Positions 1 through 9,183 of a stretch of DNA of 47,426 nt are shown one piece after another. A program made the translations under genes and the position numbers. Location: assembly GCA_018675685.1 (NCBI GenBank), contig JABGXP010000010.1, positions 1 to 47,426 of the forward strand, read 5' to 3'. The notes beneath the pieces were generated by a model. It ran no database searches, had not been told where the DNA came from, and saw only the letters and a list, made by a program, of their open reading frames with translations. This DNA comes from a bacterium. GTDB taxonomy: Bacteria > Patescibacteriota > Minisyncoccia > Moranbacterales > DUUL01. How positions within the stretch are numbered: the first letter of the stretch is position 1; each line of letters begins with the position of its first letter.

Positions 1-665
1 AAAGAGAAATCACAACACAGATTGAGGTACTGCCTACTGGAGTTGAGTGTAAGCGACTACAAGGGGGTAATCGTGAAGAAACTAGGAAAAGGTTAGGTGT
101 CAAAAAAAGCCAGAAAATAATTATGTTCTTAGGCAGAATTGAGAACGAAAAGAATATTGTCTTTTTGATTCAAGAAATCTTCCCTATTCTAAAGAATGAC
201 AAGAATATAAAACTTCTTTTTGTGGGAGAGGGTAGTTTGGTTAGTGGCATTAAAAGTGGGGCAAGAGAGTTGGGAATTTTGGAGCAATTAATTTTTGCAG
301 GACTAGTTAAACAGCAAGTTGTTCCGGATTTTTATGCCGCTACTGATGTTTTTGTGCATGCTTCGCTAACAGAAACACAAGGAGTCACAATTACAGAAGC
401 AATGGCAAGTGGACTCCCAATTGTTGCCGTTGAAGCTTCCGGCGTTATTGACCAACTAGAGAATCAAAAAACTGGAGTTATGACCAATCAAGAGCCGGGA
501 AATTTTAAAAAAGAAGTAGAGGAAATGCTTGCTAATAGAAAGAAAAGAGAGTTTTTTGGAAAAGCTGCTCAAGAAAAAGCAAAAGAATTTGATAACCAAA
601 AAAGAGTCAAACAATTAGAAGCAATCTATAAAAAGGCTATCGACAGAAGAGACGCCTCATCTTAG
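1..665 (+). CDS. glycosyltransferase family 1 (GT-B fold), C-terminal part; 5' end lies outside window
   Basis: The frame of ORF 123..665 stays open back to base 3 (..EVLPTGVECKRLQGGNREETRKRLGVKKSQKIIMFLGRIENEKN..). GT1 hallmarks are present: FLGRIENEKN and FVHASLTETQGVTITEAMASGLPIVA. Confidence 0.75.
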   Translation, partial: REITTQIEVLPTGVECKRLQGGNREETRKRLGVKKSQKIIMFLGRIENEKNIVFLIQEIFPILKNDKNIKLLFVGEGSLVSGIKSGARELGILEQLIFAGLVKQQVVPDFYAATDVFVHASLTETQGVTITEAMASGLPIVAVEASGVIDQLENQKTGVMTNQEPGNFKKEVEEMLANRKKREFFGKAAQEKAKEFDNQKRVKQLEAIYKKAIDRRDASS

Positions 666-1799
666 AACATTTGAAATGCAATGCAGGCTACCTTTTTGTT
701 TAAAGGTACTACCATCAAAGACTGGGATCGGTAAATATCCTAATTCCAAAAATAAATCGAAAGCCAAGAGAGCTTCTCCTTTCAAATCATCTTTTAGTAG
801 AGGTGATTTTTTTTCATCCTCCCCGTTTAATTGCCCGGGGTATACTGGAAAAATAACCTTTTTTTCTTGAGTTTCTGAATCTTTAAAAACGATTGCATTT
901 AATGAAGAAGTAGAGCTTTCTATTCCAATAGAAGAAATTGGGAGTGTTTTTACTTTAAACCCAAGGGATGTTAATTGTTTTTTGTATAATTTGTGTTGCA
1001 AGGAAGCTTTGCTTTGAGGTTTGTCGTTGACGCTATAAACCACTACAGTATTGTTATCCAAAAAGAGCACAGATTGGTCTAGGTGAACAAAATTACCCTC
1101 CCTTGTTGTATCTCCTAAAACCACAACTTTTAAATCTAAGAAAAATCCTTGAATTAAATTACCTACCTGAGATATAGATAGATTCTTGCCAAAGGTTTTG
1201 TACAAATCTCGTGTTTTTTTGATAGTTTCAAAATCAATAAAAACAAAGTGTCCTAGTTCATTCTCTGCTGCCATTATATTGCCACCCTCAAAGAAAAAAG
1301 GCACAGTTAGATGGTTATCTAAAGTTTTAACGACCGAATTTCGTTTTCGCATGCGATTAAAAGAAGGAACCTTTTTTGTTGTTAGCGGCAATAACAATAA
1401 TTGAGTGGAATTATCTTGAATGGCAGGCTCAAAATAATCCTGAGCCCAAAGCTCCAAAGAAGTGCTATTTGAGAAATGGTAAGTCACTCTATTTTTAATA
1501 GGGAGACTTTTTAGGAATTTAAATAAAAGCTCTTTATTAGCTTGATGTGTAAAAATGACTAAATGTGTGTAGTCAGGGAGAGCCAACAAAAGATTGCGAT
1601 AACTGTTGTTAAGCAGTGTCAAGGTTTCCTTTTCAGAAGTCAATCTCTGTGGAATCGTCAATACCATCTCTTGCAAGGTCCGTTGATATTCAGGTGTGAT
1701 AGAGAGATTTTGTGGCGACGGAGAACTTTTTTGAAAAAATAAAAACAACACAAAAATTATAAAAAGAGAAAAAAAAGTTATTATTTTTATTTTTTGCAT
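657..1799 (-). CDS. signal-anchored pentein-fold enzyme (agmatine deiminase / Porphyromonas-type peptidylarginine deiminase family-like)
   Basis: 380 aa. The N terminus is hydrophobic (KIKIITFFSLFIIFVLFLFF). Ordered motifs are LWAQDYFEP (W-x-x-D), FFFEGGNI (EGG), FVHLDQ (H-x-D) and KGSLHCISNVL (HC near the C terminus), typical of guanidino-group-modifying enzymes. The ATG lies 2 nt after the recG stop. Confidence 0.55.
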   Translation of the reverse strand: MQKIKIITFFSLFIIFVLFLFFQKSSPSPQNLSITPEYQRTLQEMVLTIPQRLTSEKETLTLLNNSYRNLLLALPDYTHLVIFTHQANKELLFKFLKSLPIKNRVTYHFSNSTSLELWAQDYFEPAIQDNSTQLLLLPLTTKKVPSFNRMRKRNSVVKTLDNHLTVPFFFEGGNIMAAENELGHFVFIDFETIKKTRDLYKTFGKNLSISQVGNLIQGFFLDLKVVVLGDTTREGNFVHLDQSVLFLDNNTVVVYSVNDKPQSKASLQHKLYKKQLTSLGFKVKTLPISSIGIESSTSSLNAIVFKDSETQEKKVIFPVYPGQLNGEDEKKSPLLKDDLKGEALLAFDLFLELGYLPIPVFDGSTFKQKGSLHCISNVLR

Positions 1800-1801
1800 G
1801 A

Positions 1802-3928
1802 CTATTCCCAGTGAATTAGAGAGTTTATCTTAGCTAAACGTTTTTTCAGTAGAGGGTATTTTTTTAAAGACATGTCATTTTGCAATAATTCCTGAGCTTT
1901 AATTCTTGCAAGTTGAATTGTTTTGACGTCAGTTAAGGACTCCATGGCAATATCAGGCGTTCCAGATTGCGCAAGGCCCATAAATTGACCTGGTCCGCGA
2001 ATTTTCATATCTTCCCGAGCTATCACAAAGCCATCAGTTGTTTTTTCCATAACACCCAAGCGTTTTGTAGAGGAAGGAGCATTTGGAGACGTTATTAAAA
2101 AACAATAAGATTGGTGTTCTCCACGGCCTACTCTTCCTCTGAATTGGTGTAGTTGTGCTAAGCCAAAACGTTCTGCTCCTTCAATAACCATTACTGAAGC
2201 ATTGGGGATATCAATACCCACTTCGACAACCGACGTAGCAACTAGGATTTGGAATTCCTGATTTCTAAAGTTTTTCATTACAACATCTTTATCTTTAGAT
2301 TTCATTTTTCCATGTAAAAGTTCAAGCTTAAACTCCGAAAAAGGCCCTTTTTTGAGTTTCTCAATCTCCTCCTTCGCTGCCTTAACCTGGGAAATCTTTG
2401 AAGACTCCGCCACCAAAGGATAAATTAAAAAAATCTGTCGTCCCTTGGCAATCTCTTGCTTAATAAAAGCATACGTCTTTTCGCGACCTCTTGAACTGAC
2501 CACTTTTGTAATAATCTTCTTTCGTCCTTTTGGATATTCATCAATAATAGAGAGATCCAAATTTCCAAAAAGAGCCAGAGAGAGAGTTCTTGGGATTGGG
2601 GTGGCTGTCATCGTCAAAAGATGAGGAAGCTTAGCAGAGACACCATCTTTGATTCCCAGAGTCTCTTGTTGTAGATATGCGCGTTGTTTAACACCAAACC
2701 GATGTTGTTCATCAATTCCAACTAAGGCAAGCTTCTTAAAGGAGATAGTATCCTGTAAAAGTGCATGGGTCCCAATAACAAAATCAATTTCTCCAGTCAA
2801 AAGAGCTTTCTTGAGTTCAGTTTTTTTAAAAACCTTACTTCCAATTTTGCTTTGAGTCCCACTCAGAATTGCTCCAGTGTAAGAAAGTTTTTTAAACAAC
2901 TTAGACATTGCTTCATAGTGTTGAATTGCTAAAATTTCAGTGGGAGCAAGAAATACTGCCTGGAAACCATTTGAAATTATCGAGAGAATTGCTAGTGCTG
3001 CGACTACTGTTTTCCCAGTTCCAACATCACCCTCCAAAAGACGATTCATAGGAACGTTTCTTTCTAAGTCTTGTATTATTTGCCAAGCTGATTTTTTTTG
3101 GGAGCCAGTAAGAGTAAACGGCAGCGACGCAACAAAATCTCCAATCAGTTTTTTATTAAATTTGATTTTTGGAGCTTTATTCTTATCCCAAGCCATTTTT
3201 ATTGTCAGAGCTTTTAGCTGAAAAAATAACATTTTTTCAAAAGCGAAGCGTTTTTTAGCTAAGGAGCTTTGCCCTAGCCTTTCTGGAAAATGAACATCCC
3301 AAAGCGCATCTTCGAGTGAGGGGAAAGCACATTCTTTAAGGATGGGGATAGGAAGAAACTCTTTGATTTTTATAGAATCCAAGACACGCTTAATTGTTTT
3401 TCTGAGCCAGAAAGAGGTTAGTCCCTTAGTCTCTGGGTAAACTGGAATCAGAGAACCTGTTGACGAAGAACTACTTTCAATAAATTCAGCTGTTTCAAAG
3501 CGTTTTTTCGATATCAATTCAAAATTAGGGTGGGAGAAGTGAAGTTCTTGGTTTTTTGATAAAGAAGTTTTCCCACTAATTTCAACAAACTTGTCTTTTT
3601 TAATAAATTTCAAGGGACCAAGCATATTGAACCAAACAACCTTTATAGTTCCAGAACTATCGTCAATAAAAGCTTCTGTAATAGCCATTCTTCTCTTGCC
3701 CCAAATTTTTTTTGTTTGAAGAGAGACTATCTTTCCTCGAATAGTTACAGTCTCTCCAATCATAAGCTCGGAAACGCTCTTGAATTGAGTGAAATCATTA
3801 TATCTAAAAGGGAAGTGATATAGTAAATCTTCAACAGTCTTAATACCAAGGTTCGTGAGTTTTCGTTGCCAAGCCAAAGAAACAAAAGAAAGTTCAGATA
3901 TTGGTGTTGAGAAAGAAAAACTTTCCAT
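1802..3928 (-). CDS. recG: ATP-dependent DNA helicase RecG
   Basis: 708 aa. It has an N-terminal wedge/OB region and the motif LPFTLTGSQKKSAWQIIQDL. Walker A is GDVGTGKTVVA, the DEQH box is VGIDEQHRFGV, and motif VI is QLHQFRGRVGRG. Confidence 0.93.
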   Translation of the reverse strand: MESFSFSTPISELSFVSLAWQRKLTNLGIKTVEDLLYHFPFRYNDFTQFKSVSELMIGETVTIRGKIVSLQTKKIWGKRRMAITEAFIDDSSGTIKVVWFNMLGPLKFIKKDKFVEISGKTSLSKNQELHFSHPNFELISKKRFETAEFIESSSSSTGSLIPVYPETKGLTSFWLRKTIKRVLDSIKIKEFLPIPILKECAFPSLEDALWDVHFPERLGQSSLAKKRFAFEKMLFFQLKALTIKMAWDKNKAPKIKFNKKLIGDFVASLPFTLTGSQKKSAWQIIQDLERNVPMNRLLEGDVGTGKTVVAALAILSIISNGFQAVFLAPTEILAIQHYEAMSKLFKKLSYTGAILSGTQSKIGSKVFKKTELKKALLTGEIDFVIGTHALLQDTISFKKLALVGIDEQHRFGVKQRAYLQQETLGIKDGVSAKLPHLLTMTATPIPRTLSLALFGNLDLSIIDEYPKGRKKIITKVVSSRGREKTYAFIKQEIAKGRQIFLIYPLVAESSKISQVKAAKEEIEKLKKGPFSEFKLELLHGKMKSKDKDVVMKNFRNQEFQILVATSVVEVGIDIPNASVMVIEGAERFGLAQLHQFRGRVGRGEHQSYCFLITSPNAPSSTKRLGVMEKTTDGFVIAREDMKIRGPGQFMGLAQSGTPDIAMESLTDVKTIQLARIKAQELLQNDMSLKKYPLLKKRLAKINSLIHWE

Positions 3929-3960
3929 TTTTTGTGATTAAAAAATAGATAAAATAGAGG

Positions 3961-4034
3961 TGTCCTTGGCAGGATTTGAACCTACGACCTTTGGTTCCGC
4001 AAACCAATGCTCTATCCAGCTGAGCTACAAGGAC
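3961..4034 (-). tRNA. tRNA-Arg, anticodon GCG (no encoded CCA)
   Basis: The reverse complement folds as GTCCTTG TA GCTC AGCTGGATA GAGC A TTGGT TTGCGGA ACCAA AGGTC GTAGG TTCAAAT CCTGC CAAGGAC A. This is a 7-bp acceptor, 5-bp anticodon stem and T-loop TTCAAAT. Loop positions 34-36 read GCG. Confidence 0.8.
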
Positions 4035-4106
4035 AATACTTTTAATAAAAAGCACTATCTCATTAAATCCTGAAATGGTGCCTTTTGTCAAATTGTTGGC
4101 TGAGTT

Positions 4107-4730
4107 TTAAATTAACCTTTCTAATGAATCAGCTATAGCTTCTTCATGTTCAACTTCTGGAATAAAATCAAGCAAAGCCTCTCTTAAGGTTGAAGGGTCG
4201 ACATCACCCAAAGGGATTTGTATATATGGAATAAGAGATTTTTTGCTTTTCAAAGAAAGATCTTTTCTGCCATTTGGCTTGTAAAATATCCAGAAATTAT
4301 CGAGTGACGAAAATTTATATATCCTGTCCTGTGCAAAAATACCTTCCGTTGTTATACCAAATTTGAAATACTGAGACTCTTTTTTTTCAAAAAGATAGAG
4401 AATAAGACCAATTAGAATTGCTAGAATTGCCAAAGGAAAATTGTCCGAGAAGAGTCCGAGTGCAACCAAGGAAACTAAAATAACAAAAATAACAACATAC
4501 CAAGCTGTGGATTTGGGAGTACTCTCAAACTTAAGCGCTTGCCAAGAAAGAAGAGTTTTTGTTTGCAAAGAACCAATCTTTTTCTTTTTGATAACTTGCT
4601 TTAGAGGCTTCGGTTGCTGTAGTTTTTGAGGTATTTTTTTTAAAGGGGCTATTGCTGGCCTAAAACTTTTAGGGTGAGGCATATTTTTTTGCGGCGCCGA
4701 GATAGTAGGGTCTTTTTTTAATGTATACAT
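4107..4730 (-). CDS. hypothetical membrane protein (basic/Pro-rich N-tail, two TM helices, soluble C-domain)
   Basis: 207-aa ORF. TM segments are AWYVVIFVILVSLVALGLF and PLAILAILIGLILYLF. I recognise no catalytic motif. Confidence 0.6.
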   Translation of the reverse strand: MYTLKKDPTISAPQKNMPHPKSFRPAIAPLKKIPQKLQQPKPLKQVIKKKKIGSLQTKTLLSWQALKFESTPKSTAWYVVIFVILVSLVALGLFSDNFPLAILAILIGLILYLFEKKESQYFKFGITTEGIFAQDRIYKFSSLDNFWIFYKPNGRKDLSLKSKKSLIPYIQIPLGDVDPSTLREALLDFIPEVEHEEAIADSLERLI

Positions 4731-4841
4731 TTTGTTTTTAAGATTGGTTGCTATTTCGTAATTATAGCATTTAAAGGTGAAAACTCAAAAGAAATACCAA
4801 AAGATTATTTATATGGTTATGTAGCGCAAAAAAAAACTAAC

Positions 4842-4869
4842 TTGACGTGTGTTTGTTTTTTGTTAAAAT
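4842..4869 (+). promoter_or_regulatory. sigma70-like promoter: TTGACG, 16 nt, TGt-TAAAAT (extended -10)
   Basis: -35 TTGACG at 4842-4847. TG at 4861-4862. -10 TAAAAT at 4864-4869. It sits upstream of the 4985 gene. Confidence 0.45.
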
Positions 4870-4984
4870 GAGGGCATAAGTGCTTTTCAAGGCGCATTTA
4901 TAGAACGTTAAAAATTAAATTTTTTGAGTACAAAGTTAACTTTATTTTGTACATCAATTAATTCTAGAAAGGAAGGTGAAAAAA

Positions 4985-5635
4985 ATGGAAGAAACTCCAG
5001 AAATTCAAGAAGATCTAGGTATGGGAGGGAGAACAAAAAACTGGCTTCAAGACAACATCAGGATTGTTCTTTCTGTGCTAATCGTCATTGCTATTGCAGC
5101 AGGAATCTACTCCTACTCAAAAAGAACTGATGAAGAGTTGGTATACGAAGAAACTATTGTGGAAGAACTTGGCGAAGAAATTGCAGCTATGGAAGAAGAG
5201 AGTCCAGTAACAATTATTGGCGAAGAAGCTGAGGAAGCAACAGAAGTTTCCCAAGAAGAAGTAGAGCAACCAAGAGCTGAAGAAGTCAAAACCCCTGAAG
5301 TAAAAACTGAAAACGTACAAACGTCTATCAGTGAAGAGTCAGAAGCAGCGTTTATCGAGACTGCGGTTAGCGGTGATAGTCAGACAACCCTTGCTCGTAA
5401 AGCACTAAGAGATTATCTAGAGAAGAATAATGACTCAAGTTTAACAGTCGAGCACAAAATTTATATAGAAGATTATCTTCGAAAAAATGTTGCGTTTGCT
5501 GGTGGTGTGAGTCCGGGAACGAAGATGAGTTTTTCAAAGAATCTTATCAAAGATTCAATCGAAAAAGCTAAAACTCTTTCTCAGAGTCAGCTAAAAAATC
5601 TTGAAAAATATTCGCAAAGAGTGTCAAACATGTAA
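4985..5635 (+). CDS. hypothetical single-pass membrane protein with Glu-rich linker
   Basis: I prefer ATG at 4985 over GTG at 4976 because SD GGAAGGTG ends 6 nt upstream of it. TM segment is IRIVLSVLIVIAIAAGIYSY, followed by an acidic low-complexity stretch and a C-terminal domain. Confidence 0.6.
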   Translation: MEETPEIQEDLGMGGRTKNWLQDNIRIVLSVLIVIAIAAGIYSYSKRTDEELVYEETIVEELGEEIAAMEEESPVTIIGEEAEEATEVSQEEVEQPRAEEVKTPEVKTENVQTSISEESEAAFIETAVSGDSQTTLARKALRDYLEKNNDSSLTVEHKIYIEDYLRKNVAFAGGVSPGTKMSFSKNLIKDSIEKAKTLSQSQLKNLEKYSQRVSNM

Positions 5636-5770
5636 TTCATTAACAATGGTAATTAGTGTTGGTTAATGGATTTGTATTAAGCCACTTGTTTCATGTCTAG
5701 AAGGTTAATACAAAAGAAAAACAAAAATACAAAAAGTTCTTTTGGACATGAAGTTCTTATATATTACAGA

Positions 5771-5797
5771 GCCCCGGCAACGCCCGGGGTTTTGTAT
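5771..5797 (+). terminator. intrinsic terminator
   Basis: GCCCCGG caac(g) CCCGGGGT stem followed by TTTGTATT. Confidence 0.6.
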
Positions 5798-5818
5798 TAT
5801 CTAGGAAACAGAGAACCC

Positions 5819-5847
5819 TTGTTTAAATCATAGATCAATGTTAAAAT
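5819..5847 (+). promoter_or_regulatory. sigma70-like promoter for uvrA: TTGTTT, 17 nt, TGt-TAAAAT
   Basis: -35 at 5819-5824. Extended -10 TGTTAAAAT at 5839-5847, the same 9-mer as at 4861-4869. Confidence 0.4.
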
Positions 5848-5875
5848 GCACTGAACTAAATTCAAAAAATAGCAA

Positions 5876-8785
5876 ATGAGAGAAAACACAATTTATATAA
5901 AAGGAGCTCGCGAACATAATTTAAAAAATATTAACTTAGGATTACCAAGAGACAAATTTATTGTCTTTACTGGTCTTTCTGGGAGTGGAAAATCCACTCT
6001 AGCTTTCGACACAATTTTTGCTGAAGGACAGAGGCGTTATCTAGAGAGCCTCTCAAGTTACGCTAGGCAATTTTTGGGTCAAATGGATAAACCAGATGTT
6101 GATTATATAGAAGGACTTTCTCCTGCCATTTCAATTGATCAAAAAAGTGCCTCACATAATCCACGCTCAACAGTCGGAACTGTCACGGAGATCCATGATT
6201 ATTTACGTTTGCTTTATGCAAAAATTGGGCTTCCTCATTGCTTCGAATGTGGAAAAGAAATATCCAAACTCTCCGTTGACGAAATAGTTGAGAGAATCAT
6301 GGATTTACCAGAAATTACTAAAAATAAAGAAGAAAAAAGCAACCCAAGGATTAAAATTTTTGCGCCAATCGTTAGAGGTAGAAAGGGAGAGTACAACACT
6401 TTATTAAAAGACTTATTTCAGCAAGGGTTTTCAGAGGCTATTGTTAATGGGAATAAGATGCATCTTTTGGACTGGAAAGAGCTTAAACTGGATAAACAAA
6501 AAAAACATTCTATTGATATTATCATTGATGAAGTTGATGTTGTGTCAGACAACATTAGTAGAATCTATGAAGGGATTGAAGCTGCTTTAAAACTGGCACA
6601 AGGACTTGTAAGGATCAATACGGGATCTCAAGAGAAAGTCTTTAATCAAAAACTTTCTTGTCCAGACCATGACATTGAATTCCCGCCGCTTGAACCGAGG
6701 CTTTTTTCTTTTAATTCGCCATTTGGCGCTTGTGATGAATGTGAAGGGTTGGGGTTGAAGAAAGAGATTGACCAGAGTCTTGTTATGCCTGATTTGAATA
6801 AAACGATTAACGAAGGTGGTTTCATTCCATGGAGCTATAAGCGTAATAATTATTATGGAGTCCTACTAAATGCAGTTTGTCGAGAATTTGGAATCCCTCA
6901 GAACACACGAATCAAAGATCTGACTGCTAGTGATAAAAACATTATTCTAAAGGGGCCAGGAAGTGAATATGACAATAATATTACAATTAAATATCGCTTT
7001 AAGTCTAGCTCAGGTCAATATGATGTGAAATGGAATGGAATTATGGATCATCTCATTAAAAGATATTACAAAACACAATCAAGCGCAGTCCAGAGAGAAA
7101 TCGAAAAATATATGAGTAACAAGGCCTGTCCAGTTTGTAGCGGAGCGAGGCTGGGAAAGTCCTCATTACTTGTTACGATTGGAGGTAAAAATATTGCTGA
7201 ACTCTCGAATTTATCGGTGAAGGAAGCGATAACATTTGTTGATAGCATTAAATTTACCAAGAGAGAGCAGCTTATCTCTGATAAAATTTTAAAAGAAGTA
7301 AGAAATCGCTTAAGTTTCCTGGCGAATGTTGGCTTGGAATACCTTTCTCTTTCTCGAACAGCGAATACAATATCCGGAGGTGAGGCACAAAGAATTCGCC
7401 TAGCATCTCAAATAGGCTCTGGGCTAGTAGGAGTTCTTTATATTTTAGATGAACCATCGATTGGATTGCATGCGAGAGACAACACAAAACTTCTGAAGAT
7501 GTTAATTAAATTGCGAGAACTCGGGAATACTGTAATTGTGATTGAGCATGATGAAGAGACCATTCGGAATGCGCAACACATTGTAGACATTGGCCCTGGA
7601 GCAGGGAGGCATGGAGGAGAGATTACTTTTTCAGGAACAGTTAAGGAGATGTTAAATGATCAAAAATCTGTGACAGCTGGTTATTTGAACGGAACTCGTG
7701 TTATTGAGACTCCAAAAGAAAGAAGAAAGGTCGCTAGTAAAAAAACACTTGCAGTGCGTGGGGCCAGTGAGCACAATCTGAAAAGTGTTAATATAGAATT
7801 CCCCACAAGAGTTTTAACTTGCGTAACAGGTGTTTCTGGTAGTGGAAAATCAACATTAGTTGAAGATATTTTGTATAAATGGATGGCAAATCGTTTACAG
7901 AGAAGCATGCATGTACCAGGAAGAGTAAAAGACATTGTTGGGTATCATCACGTCAATAAAGTGATTATGATTGATCAGAGTCCAATTGGAAGGACTCCAC
8001 GTTCAAATCCGGCTACCTATACAGGAGCCTTTACTCCAATCAGAAAGCTTTTTGCAAAAACAGCAGGAGCTAAAGAGCGTGGATATGCGCTTGGAAGATT
8101 TTCTTTTAATGTGAAGGGTGGGCGATGTGAAAATTGCAAAGGTGATGGACAATTAAAGGTTGAAATGCAATTTATGCCTGATGTGTATTTGCCATGTGAT
8201 GTTTGCGATGGGAAACGATACAATAAAGAAACACTGGAAGTTAAGTATAAGGGAAAGAATATCTCAGACATTCTTGAGATGACAGTCAATCAAGGAGTGG
8301 ATTTTTTTGAAAATTTCCCAGAGATACACAATAAATTCAAGACATTGCAAGACGTCGGACTCGGTTATATCCGTATTGGACAAAGTGCAACCACTCTCTC
8401 AGGGGGCGAAGCACAAAGAATTAAATTGGCGACAGAATTGTCAAAGAGAAATACAGGCAATACATTATACATTCTAGATGAGCCAACAACTGGCTTGCAC
8501 TTCGAGGATGTCAAAAAATTATTAGAAGTATTAAATAGGTTGGTTGACGCGGGAAACACTATTGTTGTAATTGAGCACAACATGGATGTAATCAGAGCCG
8601 CTGATTGGATAATTGACCTTGGACCAGAAGGTGGAGATGCTGGAGGTAGGGTAGTAGCCGCAGGGACACCAGAACAAGTTGCGCTTCTAGGAGAGGTTAG
8701 TTATACAGGAAAATATTTAAAAATTGCATTCGAATTGGAAAAGGAAAGGAAGAAAAAAAATAGACAGGCAACTCAAGAAGATTAA
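5876..8785 (+). CDS. uvrA: excinuclease ABC subunit A (UvrA), canonical full-length form
   Basis: 969 aa. Two ABC modules are present (GLSGSGKST and GVSGSGKST; LSGGEAQRIRLA and LSGGEAQRIKLA). Cys4 zinc modules are present (CFECG, CDECEG, CPVCSG, CENCKGDG..CDVCDGKRY). It carries the IVRGRKGEY motif at the start of the UvrB-binding region. Confidence 0.95.
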   Translation: MRENTIYIKGAREHNLKNINLGLPRDKFIVFTGLSGSGKSTLAFDTIFAEGQRRYLESLSSYARQFLGQMDKPDVDYIEGLSPAISIDQKSASHNPRSTVGTVTEIHDYLRLLYAKIGLPHCFECGKEISKLSVDEIVERIMDLPEITKNKEEKSNPRIKIFAPIVRGRKGEYNTLLKDLFQQGFSEAIVNGNKMHLLDWKELKLDKQKKHSIDIIIDEVDVVSDNISRIYEGIEAALKLAQGLVRINTGSQEKVFNQKLSCPDHDIEFPPLEPRLFSFNSPFGACDECEGLGLKKEIDQSLVMPDLNKTINEGGFIPWSYKRNNYYGVLLNAVCREFGIPQNTRIKDLTASDKNIILKGPGSEYDNNITIKYRFKSSSGQYDVKWNGIMDHLIKRYYKTQSSAVQREIEKYMSNKACPVCSGARLGKSSLLVTIGGKNIAELSNLSVKEAITFVDSIKFTKREQLISDKILKEVRNRLSFLANVGLEYLSLSRTANTISGGEAQRIRLASQIGSGLVGVLYILDEPSIGLHARDNTKLLKMLIKLRELGNTVIVIEHDEETIRNAQHIVDIGPGAGRHGGEITFSGTVKEMLNDQKSVTAGYLNGTRVIETPKERRKVASKKTLAVRGASEHNLKSVNIEFPTRVLTCVTGVSGSGKSTLVEDILYKWMANRLQRSMHVPGRVKDIVGYHHVNKVIMIDQSPIGRTPRSNPATYTGAFTPIRKLFAKTAGAKERGYALGRFSFNVKGGRCENCKGDGQLKVEMQFMPDVYLPCDVCDGKRYNKETLEVKYKGKNISDILEMTVNQGVDFFENFPEIHNKFKTLQDVGLGYIRIGQSATTLSGGEAQRIKLATELSKRNTGNTLYILDEPTTGLHFEDVKKLLEVLNRLVDAGNTIVVIEHNMDVIRAADWIIDLGPEGGDAGGRVVAAGTPEQVALLGEVSYTGKYLKIAFELEKERKKKNRQATQED

Positions 8786-8841
8786 TGAGTTGCCCGTCAC
8801 AATTGTTTGTTGAAAGGAGATTAGTATTGAGATTGAGTTGT

Positions 8842-9093
8842 TTAAAGAACTATTTCCTCAAAATAAGGAAGTTTCAGAGCAGCTTCTTGTATCCCAGCAA
8901 ACTCATTTGCAATAACAAACAAATTAGCACCTAGCGATGAAACAAAACGGCTTCCTTGATAGATCGCACCCGCCAGTAGATTTAAATTAAAAATACCCTG
9001 CTTGTTGAGGTCATGGAAAACCTCCTCGATAGTCACGCTTTCTTGGTCATTCTTCAGTCTTACGACGATAGAACTTTTCCCTTGTAGTGTCAT
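8842..9093 (-). CDS. hypothetical 83-aa protein
   Basis: On the minus strand a strong SD (AAGGAGG) is followed by 6 nt and then ATG. It is transcribed opposite to the flanking uvrA and uvrC. I recognise no family. Confidence 0.55.
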   Translation of the reverse strand: MTLQGKSSIVVRLKNDQESVTIEEVFHDLNKQGIFNLNLLAGAIYQGSRFVSSLGANLFVIANEFAGIQEAALKLPYFEEIVL

Positions 9094-9183
9094 CTAAAAC
9101 CTCCTTAGGTATATTTTTGTTCAATTCCAATATAAAGAATAATTAATTTTTTTTCAAGTTTTTCAATAGAAACTGCAAAGCAA

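Noticed and set aside
3894-4091. 65-aa minus-strand ORF
   Set aside because: It spans the tRNA-Arg gene, and the tRNA fold explains the sequence.
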